Below are positions 1 to 11,035 of a stretch of 64,000 bases of DNA, piece after piece. Under the pieces are notes generated by a model, which searched no databases, was not told the origin of the DNA, and saw nothing but the letters and a program-made list of their open reading frames with translations. Origin of the DNA: Lama guanicoe (lineage: Eukaryota); contig MU054220.1 of the NCBI GenBank assembly GCA_013239625.1, positions 5,440,626 through 5,504,625 on the forward strand, in the 5' to 3' direction. The position numbers were made by a program, and so were the translations under genes. Every line of letters begins with the position of its first letter. The first letter of the stretch is position 1.

Positions 1-134
1 AGAGTAGAACCCCGCTCTTATAACCTTATTTAACTTTAATTATCTCCTAAAAGGTCCTTTCTCTGTATATAGTAATATTGGGGGTTAGGTCTTCAACATA
101 TGAATTTTAGGGGCACACAATTCAGTCCATAACA
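1..134 (-). mobile_element. MaLR LTR 5' part (MLT1A/B-like), cut by the window edge
   Basis: Reverse complement starts tgttatggactgaattgtgtgcccctaaaattcatatgttgaagacctaacccc, the typical MLT1A/B 5' terminus. Confidence 0.8.
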
Positions 135-1346
135 GCTCCTAAGTGATGGAGTCTGGATCTAGGATCTAAACATAGTTTCATGTGCAATTTCAAAGCTACA
201 TCTGCCAACTGGCATTGTTTGTAATGGGAAGGGAAACATGACATTGGTCGGCATCATGGGTTGTCATTATCATCATCATCATCATTATTCAAAAGTGAAC
301 TGCTCTGTATCTGTGGCCATCATTCTTTTCAAAATCTTTCTTTTCTTAGGGCTGTGATTAGATCCCTTTCCTGAAGTGATGTCAAATGAATGTCAGAAGG
401 AGCTAATGAATTGTGACAGCAGACTAACAGGGGCTGCCTAATAGTGAGAGGGTTTTGTCAGCTCCAGCTGTGCACATCTCTCCTAATAATACCAAACCTT
501 TGATCCCAGCAACTTCCATGCAGTCTGTTAGGATCCATGAATTCAATCTTGTGAATGGCTGAGGTCATTTGGGGGCTGTTCTGAAGACTAAGGTTTATTT
601 CTTTTTATGCTTGTATGGCCTTTGGTCAGTCTAGGTCTCTGTCTGTTCTTCCCTTGGTTTTATATCATAATCCCCACCACCCGTCTTTTTTGGTATGAGG
701 TGCAATTTGTAGTCTTGTCTGAAGCTACAGCTCGCTTCACAGATGGTGAATTGCAGTTGAGAGTAATGGGCCTATTCGGTTCAGCCCAGAGAGTATATTA
801 GTGTCTGATAGCCTATAACTGCTCAACATTAGACATCATTCACACTGCTCCAAGGTCATCTGTAGGGCCGCCTCTCCCTCCACTTTCTCACTCTCCTCCA
901 TTCCTCTCTCTGCCTCCATCAGATATGAATTACACAAAAGTCATGAAGCCGTTAGGAGTTAGTTCTGGGAACGTGGAACAAAGAGTCTTTGTTACCCATT
1001 TGGCTCACTATTGCTCCAAATAATTGAGAAGACTGATATCACTTGAATGAAACTCAATGAAAACAGTAAAGCCAGATTTAAGTGCTAAGAATACATGGGT
1101 CATCTCTTAGAGGAAGTACCAGCCCTGTGCTCTAGGAGGCATCATTTCAAATAGAAAATCAGAAATCAAGCAGCTGGTAGAGTGTATTAATGGACCATTT
1201 GAAATATTAGTTACAATATGTACAGCAAGGTGCTGGCAATTCTGATGCTACACTCCAGGCTTAATCTGAATTAAATGAAACAAAGTATGTGAATGTACCT
1301 AGCTTAATACTTGTAAATGTAATATTGTAAATATTGTCTGCTTGAC

Positions 1347-1440
1347 TCCTTCCCTCCCTCCCTCTCTTCCTGCCTCCCTTCCTTCCTTCCCCTCTCTCTC
1401 CTTCCATTTTTCTCCTCTTCCCTCTCACTTCCCCTGCTTC
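1347..1440. repeat. CT-rich low-complexity tract
   Basis: Near-pure pyrimidine run (ccttccctccctcc...); source of ORFs 1261-1458 and 1304-1567. Confidence 0.9.
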
Positions 1441-4039
1441 CTGAGCCATCATGTTCACTAGAGAACACTGAGTAACTGAGAAGAGACTTCATCATAGACT
1501 GGGCCGTATTTTTAAATGCATCTTTTTCATTGGTTTCCCATCTTTGACATACCTTTCCAGGAAACATTGAGAATCTTTTTGGAAATATTTTGAAATTTTA
1601 CTTATTAAAACTTCCATAGTATGACAGCTTTCAAACTATAGAAATGCCCAGACCCAACTCAGTTATGGAAGGTTGCCTTCCCTTTTATGTTTCACAGAGG
1701 TTGTCAGTGTCGAAGAGAAAGGATGAAGATAGAATAAAAACTTACCAATCCAAAGCTAGAAGTCTTTCTCAATGATGGGCAAGGGGTCCCTGGTTGGAAG
1801 ACTAGATTTTGAAAACTATTAGAGAAAGAAGGAAAGGAGAATCCAGTAATTATCAAAATTAATAAGCAGGTCAAATGGCAGCTAGCCTTGGGACCATGAA
1901 ATTTTGAAGCTCTACAGACACAGCTTTTTCAAAGATTAAAATAAATTTTACCTCATTTGTTCTCATTCACTCTGGGTAGAGGCAAAATTGACAAAGGCAG
2001 CACTGAATTTGTTTAGAACTCAGGCTTTCTGGCTCCTAATCTAGATTATTATTATTTTTTTCTTTTAAGAAATACCCACCATGGACTTGGTTGACATGCC
2101 AGTTTTTGGCTACAGTTCCAAACTGTCTCATGCTTTTTCTTTCACCTCCCCAGCTATACATAGGTAGATTTTGAGGGGGCAAGATAAATAGTACTTTTCT
2201 TTCCCACCTGAATATTAAGCCAACTGAGAGATAAGACAAAAGAAGAGGCAAATGTAGACCACTATTGATTTTATCAAATAGAACTGATAATTGAAGAATG
2301 ATGAAACGGTGTGAGGCAACACTGACCTTTCTAGTATGGAATCCCTCTAGAAATCTAACCAACCGTGTCTCTCTCTACCTCCTAGGACAGAATATATTGT
2401 CTGATAACAGAATGTGGTATTTAAAATCTGGCTGCACCTTACAGATTCAAAGTAACAACTGTGTTTTTAACAGTTCCTAATCCTTATCCAAATCCCAGAA
2501 CAGAGTCTGTTCCTTATAAAATGGCAGTGCTGATATGATAAGTTTAGTGTGTGCTACCAAGCAAATTGGAGATGTCCAAGAGATAAGTACATAGTTATCA
2601 AGGGCTTACACTCCCTTTGAATAACCTTAACAAAATGACAGCTTTCTGGAAATATTATCTCTGCTTTTAGTTGTCTGTCTCAGAGTCATTGTAATCTATA
2701 GTGGATGGCTTTAACTGGAATTTGTAAGACGTTTAGAATCTAGCAGTGGCCTGGATTCAAAGTTTAATATTTCTGTCACATGTTCTTTAGACATCTACAT
2801 TTCTTTATTAAATAGAGTCACGGACGGAAAACTCTAGTACCTTTCATCATAGAATACTTTGTCTTACTTTTCCTCTGGTTGATTTGTGGCACTGCTTTTT
2901 TGTTCTCTGTTTTTTGATGCTGTTGAAACTTCTCAGTTTTTTGATGCGGTGGAAATGTTCACTGGAGATGTTTCCAAGCACTAGGATGGAAAGTGAATGG
3001 CACAGGATACTGACAGCTGCACACAAAGAGAAACTGGGAGAATGTCTCCCAACACAAACATCTCCAGATTAGGGTGAAACTCAGAGGGGCAAAGTGTGGA
3101 AGGAAGTTTTTATTTCTAAAACAGGGTTTGTCCAGAATGTCCATTTAAGAGGCGAGTGGGGTAGTGTGCTATCAATACCACTTCCTAAGGCTCTGCTAAT
3201 CACACTGATATTTGTATTTATTAAGTATTAAGTTAATAAAATATTAAGCATTTATTGTGTTATGTCAGCACATCAAAGAGCCATATGAAAGGAGTTACAG
3301 AAAAGGAAGACTTCACACCTGTAACAAAAGGATGATAATTTTGGACTGGGTCAGAGGAAAGAGCAGTGGAATGACAGGACATTTGGTAAGATTTTGTTTG
3401 AGCAGAGGAGGGAGTGTGCACAGAGAGGAACCACATAACTTTACATCGTCGGGACATCTGTCTGCACAAATGTCAAATCGTGTTGGAGTTTCAAACCCAG
3501 TTGCTGCCATGAATTCCTCCGTCCCTGAGTGTCCTGATCTTCTCAGCTTCTTGTTCCTAAACTTCACCAGTCCCTGCTGTGGAACTTTCACTTGCAGGCT
3601 CTGCCTGAACTCTGGAATCCCCTCAGAAGGGGAGAGCGTAGACCCAGAGCTCAGGGCTCAGCTGCTTTAGCCATTGTGCTTATTCCATTTCCAATAAGCA
3701 CATTTCAGCTTTTTGCGTGAGGCAAACTGCCTCATGATGTAGTAGCTTATTCTTTTTCTTTTTCTTGTTCTGCTACAGCTGAGTCATTGGGCTTGCCTAG
3801 GAATCCAGTTCACTCACACCTGAGGCAATCACTTGCCCCTTCATTTCTCTCAGAGATTGAAATCTTATTGGTGAGACAGTCTTTCCATCTAGTTCTCTAT
3901 TATCTGCTGAACTTGAGGCCTCTCATGAACCCATAACCATTTCTCCTTGTTGTGAGTCTCCAACCACTTTCTTAAGAATTCATCTGTTGGTCATTGACTC
4001 ATGCATCTTGGCTTTATGTGGCTCTGGAGGCAAACGGTC

Positions 4040-4433
4040 ACACGTCAGATTTTCCAGAGCAAGCTTTAATTTGGAGACTTGCATGCAGTAAGTATACTAG
4101 AGAAGCCCTTGCCAGAGCATGAAGGAACCGGGATTAGATAGAGTTAAGTTGTGGTCCATTCTCAGCCAGCAAAGGCCTCAGCTAATTCCACAGACGCTCT
4201 GATGCTGGGAGCCCTCTTTAGAGTTTCGCTGAAAGGAGGCAACGGGGCCAGGCCTTTATACGTTTGCATTTTCTGGCAGTGGCCTGAAGCTATCCCCGGG
4301 GAGGATGTGTGATTTAGGGGAGGGGCTCTCTTCAGATGAGAGACTACCCTGATTGCTGTCAGCTGCCAACACTGAGCAGCTGGAGAATGAGTCCTGAGGG
4401 AGGTCCAGCAGTGCACATGACATTCACCATATA
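4040..4433 (-). mobile_element. ERVL solo LTR, LTR16A/C-like
   Basis: Motifs aaaggcctcagctaattccacag, ggggccaggcctttatac and ctgtcagctgccaacactgagcagctggagaatgag resemble antisense LTR16. Confidence 0.75.
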
Positions 4434-4474
4434 GTGCAGCCTGAAGGCCTGAGTTAAGATGAGAGAGGCCCATT

Positions 4475-4950
4475 GCATGCATTTTAAGCACTTTTCTTAG
4501 GCGGTCTCATTCAGTACTTACAATGATCCTATAAAGCAGGTATCATTATTATTATTTTAATTTTATTTTATTGTGGTAAGAAGACTGAACATGAGACCTA
4601 CCATCTTAACAAATTTTTAAGTATACATTTTTGTTGACTATAGGTACATTGTTGTACAACAGATCTCTTGAGTTTATTCATCTTGCTTAACTGAAACTTT
4701 ATACGCATTAATTAATAACGTCCCATTTCCCACTCTCCCAAGCCCGTGACAACCATCATCCATTATTCTATTCTTTTATTCTATGAATGTGACTGTTTTA
4801 GATACCTTGTATAAGTAGACTCATGCAGTATTTGTCCTTCTGTAATTGGCTTATTTCATTTAGCATAATATTTTCAAGATTCATCCATGTTGTACTATTA
4901 TTATCTCTATTTTGCTATTAAGAAAACTTAGAGAGATGACACAACATGAG
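4475..4950 (-). mobile_element. MIR SINE split by an L1 insertion
   Basis: tctcattcagtacttacaatgatcctataaagcaggtatcattatt on the left; resumes as attatctctattttgctattaagaaaacttagagag after 4900. Confidence 0.65.
4553..4891 (-). mobile_element. L1MA-type (L1MA8/9-like) 5'-truncated 3' end
   Basis: T-rich tail then attgtggtaagaagactgaacatgagacctaccatcttaacaaatttttaagtataca; putative TSD gtatcattattat (4540-4552) / gtactattattat (4892-4904). Confidence 0.85.
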
Positions 4951-5480
4951 AGGATTCTAAGTCTGTGGCCCTTGTCCTGTGAGGATCTTTGGGGACCCAG
5001 AGGTTTCTATAAACTCCATAGAACTCTTGGGACTCTGCAAAATAATGTGTGTACGGTTCATGACCCCCAGAAGGTTAACCTCAAATTAGAAGACCTCAAA
5101 GATCTCATCTAGCTTGAAAATACCAAATCTGGTGGCCTGTTTGTTTGTTTGTTTGTTTTTCTATTGCTGGCTTGCAGTCTACAATATATTCTAGACCACA
5201 CTTGTAATAAAACTGCTCAGATCTACGTACAAATTAAAACTGTGGGGTTTCAGTATTTGTCACACTTTTTTGCCTTTATCTAGAGAGAACAAGCTATGAA
5301 TCATCATTAACTGATGTCACACATGATCTATGGGCAGTGGCCAAGTTGGAAGGATCTAAGAGTCTTCCATTGTTTTGAGACCCAGCTGATGAAAGTCAGG
5401 GATTTCCTCTCATGGAGCTAGGACATGAATCTCTTAGGGACCCCAGCTCGTGTTTTTGGCAAGGCCTACAGCTGTCTTTG

Positions 5481-5668
5481 TCCTCCTCCCTCTTCTTCTT
5501 CCTTCTCTCTTTCTTTCTCCTCCTGTTTTTCTTCCTTTCCCTCTTTTCTTTTTTCCTTCCTTCTTTTCTTCCTTTTTCTTTCCTCTCTCTTTCTCTCTTT
5601 CTTTTTTTCTCTTTCTCACTCTCTCTCTTCCCCTTCCCACCCCACTCCTCCCCTCCCTTCCTCTCCCC
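5481..5668. repeat. CT-rich low-complexity/polypyrimidine tract
   Basis: About 190 bp almost entirely C/T; source of the four overlapping ORFs at 5412-5751. Confidence 0.95.
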
Positions 5669-5904
5669 AAAGATCTACAAAAAAATTGCCTCCTGATACT
5701 ACCTGTCAGCTGAATAGGGCAGTAACCGTGTAAAAATCCCTCTATTTGCAAAAGAGGGGAGGGGAGGGTTATTATCTTGCTTATTAAGGTTTTGCCTGAT
5801 TGGCTTTAATTAAATTGAAGTTGCAACAAGTTTATTTCATTTGTCTGTGTAAGTTTTGCTAGTAGAGCAGGAAGTGAAAACAGGAGTCCAGGGTCCAATT
5901 ACAG

Positions 5905-6058
5905 AGTTCAGACCTCTGTGAAAGGCTGGCCTGGCACTAAGAAAGGCCCTGTGCTTGGTTTGATACTCTGCTGTTGATACCTTATAATTCTTAAGGATAT
6001 TTGAACAAAGGGCCCCATATTTTCAGTTCACTAGGCTCTGCAAATTATGTAGCTGTTT
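5905..6058 (+). mobile_element. hAT DNA transposon MITE, MER91A-like
   Basis: aaaggccctgtgcttggtttgatactctgctgttgataccttataattcttaaggatatttgaacaaagggccccatattttc...gcaaattatgtagc matches my recollection of MER91A. Confidence 0.7.
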
Positions 6059-6153
6059 TAGTAACCCTGAATCATTCATTCACCATAGTTTCAATTTTTT
6101 GCATATAGTTTCAAATCCTAGGGATGTCACTCTCTCCTTGAAAATATGATAGT

Positions 6154-8777
6154 TTTATTTCTTCCAGCTTTATTATCACTAGCGTATAATGTGTAAGTTT
6201 AATGTGAGTAATGTGGTTTGATATACATATGTATTGTGGAATGTTTTCAACAGTAAGATTAGTTAATACATCCTTCACCTCACATAATTACCTTTGTTGT
6301 TATGTTGTTGTTATAGTGAGAAACTTTAATATCTACTCTTGTAGCAACTTTCAAGTATGCAATATAGTATTGTTAAGTATAGTCACCCTATTGATCCCCT
6401 GAACTTTTTCATTCCTCTTTAACTGGAAGTTTGTCCCTTTAGTCAATGTCTCCTCATTTCCCCCACTTCCCAGACCCTAACCACCATTTTATTCTCTGCT
6501 TCTATGACTTTAGCTTTTTTAGATTCCACACATAAGTGGGATCATACAGTATTTGTCTCTCTCTTTCTGAATTATTTCACTTAGCTTAATGCCCTTAAGG
6601 TCTATCCATGTTATACCAAATGGCAGGATTTCCTCCTTTTAGTGGTTGAGTAATTTTTCCACTGTATATATACCACATTTGCAGTATCCATTCATGCATT
6701 TATGGTTGTTTCCATTTCTTGGCTATTGTGAATAATGCTGCAGTAAACATGGGAGTGCAGATATCTGATTGAGGTAGTTGTTTCATTTCCTTTGGATATA
6801 TGCCCAGAAGTGGGATTGCTGGGTCACATGGTAGTTCTATTTTTAATTTTTTTAGGAACTTTCATACCGTTTTCCATAGTGGCTGTGCCAATTTTTACAT
6901 TTTTCCTAAAAGTGCACAAGGATTTCCTTTTCTGCATAGCCTCCCCAAATTTTTTATCTCTTATCTTTTCAATAATGGTAATGGGAGGTGATGCCTCATT
7001 GTGGTTTTGATTTGTATTTCCCTGAGGATTAGTGATATTAAACACTTTTTCATGTGCTCATTGGGTATTTGTTTTACTTCTTTGGAAAATGTCTATTCAG
7101 CTTATTTGCTTATTTTATAAATTAGATTATTTGTGTGTGTTTTTGCTATTGAGTTGTATATGTTCCTTATGTATTATGGATATTAACCTTTTATTAGATA
7201 AATGATTTGCAAATATTTTCTCCCATTCCATAGATTACCTTTTCTTGTTGACTATTTTTCTTGTTTGCTTTTTTTTTCTGGCAGTGCACAGGTTTTTAAA
7301 TTTAATATAGTCCCACTTGTTTATTTTTGCTTTTGTTACTTGTGCTTTTGGTGTCATATCCAAAAAATCATTGCCAAGACTGGTGTCAAGGAGCTTTTCC
7401 CTATTTTTTTCCCAGCAGTTTTAAAGTTTCAGGTCTTACATTTATTAGTTAATCCATTTCTATTTAATTTTTGTGAGTGGTTTAAGATGAGGGTCCAGTT
7501 TCATTCTTTTCCATGTTAAGTATTCAACTTTCCTGACATCATTTATTGAAGGATCAATTATGCTCCTTTGTCAGACATTAGTTGACCATATATGTGTGGG
7601 TTTACTTCTGTGCTCTCAATTCTGTTCCGTTGGTCTATAGGTATGATTTTATGCGAGTACCATGCTGCTTTTACTACCATGGCTTTGTAACGTAGTTTGA
7701 AATCAGAAAATGTGGCGCCTCCAGCTTTATTCTTTCAAAAGATTGCTTTGGCAAATACCACTTGATCATGGTGAATGCTCCCTTTAATATGCTGTTAAAT
7801 TTTGTTTGCTAATATTTTGTTGAGGATTTTTGCACCTATATTCATCAGAGATATTGACTGTAGTTTTGTTTCTTGTAGTATTCTTACCCAGTTTTGGTAT
7901 CAGAGTAATGCTAGCCTCATAAATAAGTTTGAGAGTGTTTTCTCCTCTTCAAGTTTTTGGGAAGAGTTTGAAAAGGATTGGCATTAATTCTTTAAATGTT
8001 GGGTATAATTCACCAGTAAAGCCACATGGTCCTGGGGCTTTTGTTTATTGGGAGGTTTTTGAAAACTGATTCAATCTCCTTACCTGTTATTATTCTCTTC
8101 AGATTTTCTGTTTCTTCATGATTCAGTCTTGGTAGGTTCTATATTTCTAGGAATTTATCCTTTTCTTCTAGGTTGTTCAGTTTGTTTTGGGTGTAATTGC
8201 TTATAGTGGTATCTTATGAACCTTTGTATTTCTTTGGTATCAGTTATAATGTCTCCTCTTTCATTTATAATTTTATTTATTTGTGTTCTCTGTCTTTTTT
8301 TTTCCTTGGTAAATCACTAGAAACTGTGATTTCCCCCAGTGAGTTGCTGGTACTGGTTTCCCATGCCCTTCTTCCTTCTTCCTAGCCATCTCTATACACT
8401 TCAGCTTGGCTGGTCTCTGGGTGGGGTGAAACTAAAGTGGGTTCTTGTGCAGTAACCCAAACGGCTGAGGAAGCTAGTCTCTCACCCCTCTCTCTCTTTC
8501 CCACTGAAGGGAGCTCTTTCTAGCCAGGGAGTTCCCTCTCAGCACTGAGCAGTGCCAACCTGGGGGATGAGATGATGCAGGCAAGATGAAATTATTCTTC
8601 CCTTTTTGTGCAGTTTTGTAAGGTATTTTTGTTCCAATATGTGGCAGAAGTTTCTTAAATGGACTCCTGAGCTCCCCTAGAACTGGTTTTGTTCATGTAT
8701 AGCTGTCATATGGTTGATCTTTGTGGGGATATGGAAGCTGGGTCTCCTATTCCCCTACTGTGGTGACTTCACTGCCC
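6154..8777 (-). mobile_element. L1MA9-like LINE with 3' UTR, ORF2 pieces and a putative 5' UTR; two large internal deletions
   Basis: 3' end at 6154 (catccttcacctcacataattacc; tagcaactttcaagtatgcaatatagtattg); ORF2 C-terminal part to ~7752; jump to mid-ORF2 (7753-8310); 5' UTR-like block 8311-8777. Confidence 0.85.
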
Positions 8778-8919
8778 AAAATAGGATACTGATTTCCTAT
8801 TGCTATTTGGGACATGGCAAGGAAAAAGATGCTAGGATTTGACTTGATTCTATGTGGCAAAACTCTTTTAAGAACCTGAAGAAAAATTAGAGGTAAAGAT
8901 AAGAAAAGACCCTTACATT

Positions 8920-9097
8920 TGTTTATCCTTTACTATGTACCTGCATTTTATATCAATTATATCATTTAATCATCACAATAATTCTCTAAGGCAGGTCTTT
9001 TACAGATAAGGGTCAATGAGGCTAAGAAGCTTACCCAAGATCATGTAACCAATAAATGACAGAGTCTGGAATTGATCTTTGATCACTCTGGTCTAAA
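8920..9097 (-). mobile_element. MIR SINE
   Basis: atcatttaatcatcacaataattctctaaggcagg...ttacagataag...gcttacccaagatcat is the MIR core in antisense. Confidence 0.8.
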
Positions 9098-9504
9098 TGT
9101 GGGCAGATACATTATCTTCTGAACATGGCTAACTATTTAATAAGTCTATTTAGGATTGGGTTTAAGAGAGGTGAAATGATTGGATTAAAACGTTTTGTAG
9201 AGAACTAGGGAAAGGGCATGATTTTAGAATCTCAATTTTGAGAGAGAGCTGAAGAGGTCAGACCTGGAACTAAAAACTGGATGTGACAATATGTTAAAGT
9301 GAAAGTGTTACAGAAATGCTGAGATACAGAGGATGCCACATTCAAAGTGAAGTGCAAGATGCAGATGCGCTTTTAAAAGCTTTAACCAAAAAGCTGGTTA
9401 TAAATCTCTTAGATCCTTTACCCACATTAGAGTTGTTTTAAACAAGTCAGAAAAATTGAAAATGGAGATAAGCTTTGTAAAGAGGAATTCTGGAGAAAGA
9501 TTCT

Positions 9505-10428
9505 GGTGTGCTGTGAATCTCCTCACTCAACACAAGAAAGATAGGGAAGGTCCCTGACTTGTATCTCAAACCTAATGAGACCACGGCTTCAGTGGTCCGT
9601 ACTTAATAGGTGTACTCTTTGGTTTGGAGGGAAGAGTGGCCTGTTTCTAAAATCTGTTTGAGAAATCTAAAGGGCAAGAGCCTGATCAGCCACCTGGCTT
9701 GGGGTGGAGCAAAGGAGTGTTAATTGTAGCATAGAGAATATCTTACATTCCCAGGGCTTGGTTGGGGGAAATGAAGGATTGTTTCTCATGGGTCAGATGC
9801 AGGAGAGAGCTGGAAGTTGGTTCACATTAGAGCTGCATGAAGTGCTGAACATTCTTTAGCCATCAGGAACTGACATTATCACCAGATTCCTAAAGACTGA
9901 CAAAGGAGTAAGTGACTAGCTGAAATGAAATTTATTTGTCAAGATCAAGAAGATTGCAAATAAGAGCATTTCAGTGGTGAATGATACAATTTTGAAAAAT
10001 CCATGAAAGTACCTCCCAGAGAAAGAGTTAGCTCTTCTGTACACTTGGCCCAGCAAGTACAAAGAAACTCTTAAAAGCGCAAGCCAAGTAAGAGTGTGCC
10101 TGCCTTGCCTTACCTCTCCTCCCTCCTCAGCACCAATCTGGGAAGAGAAGCCAACCACATTTTCATTCCCCAAATTTGTGGAGCCAAACCAAGGAAGGAG
10201 AGAGTCTTGAACTTTATAGTAAGTTTGTAATTTTGACTGTTGGGTTTGATATTTTAATTTCTAGTCTGCCTAAGGAAAGTGAGAAAAATCAGAGTTCATC
10301 TGAGTTTGTGCTTAGAAATAATTCAAAAGGTCTCCCCACTGAGCACATTTAAAACGGAGAGGGCTACAAAATAAAATGCTTTCATTGCCTCCCATGACTC
10401 ACATTTGTGCACCATACTGGCTGATAAG
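9505..10428 (+). mobile_element. Probable ancient mammalian Gypsy-like solo LTR (MamGypLTR/LTR85-like)
   Basis: The 3' part (tgaactttatagtaagtttgtaattttgactgttggg...gagcacatttaaaacggagagggctacaaaataaaatgcttt) resembles MamGypLTR 3' ends; heavily degraded. Confidence 0.4.
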
Positions 10429-10609
10429 ACATAGTCTCTGATGGTGGCAGAGGAGGCTGACACCAGGCAGTACCCAACAACACAAACAGTGGGTGGTGTG
10501 CGGGATGTATGGTGAAGGTCACATGTGGCAGTCTAGGCAGGTAGCCAGCAGGATAGTTGCTTGACTCCTGGGTAGAGTACAGTGATAGGTATCTTGGAAC
10601 TCATGTTTT

Positions 10610-11035
10610 CTGGAATAAACTCTTTTAGTGGCCCATTCAGATAACCTTTACCACACTGGTGCAACCATCCCACACCTACATCTATCTTAAGAGTTTTTCT
10701 TACCTGCCGTGAGCCTCTTTACACAGAAATATTTGGAAGATTGTGCCCACCCTCCTGGGGTGTTCCTTAGCCAATGCCTCACAAATACGGGGGTTCAAAA
10801 GTCTGACCACCTTGCCTTAAAATAGGACAATTTTGTAGGTCTGTATATGTTCTAGAGCTCTATAAGAGATCAGTCTAATGCTAGATTTCAGCAAAGTCAC
10901 ATCTTTGCTTTTCACCCTGGTCTATCCTGCTTTTTTATCTTTCTTATAATTTTCATTTGAGAATATTCTCTCAGTAAATCACTTGCACAAAAATTTCATC
11001 TCAGACTCTGCTTTTAGAGAATCTGACATAAGACC
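10610..11035 (+). mobile_element. 5' LTR of ERVL-class provirus (LTR16-type)
   Basis: Ends cagtaaatcacttgcacaaaaatttcatctcagactctgcttttagagaatctgacataagac, the typical LTR16 3' terminus, directly followed by internal sequence. Confidence 0.8.

Noticed and set aside
5412..5751. Four overlapping ORFs of 87-105 aa
   Set aside because: Translations of a CT-rich low-complexity tract with no real coding signal
6770..6790. tgaggtagttg resembling the let-7 5' end
   Set aside because: Lies inside L1 sequence, the match ends after about 9 nt and there is no hairpin
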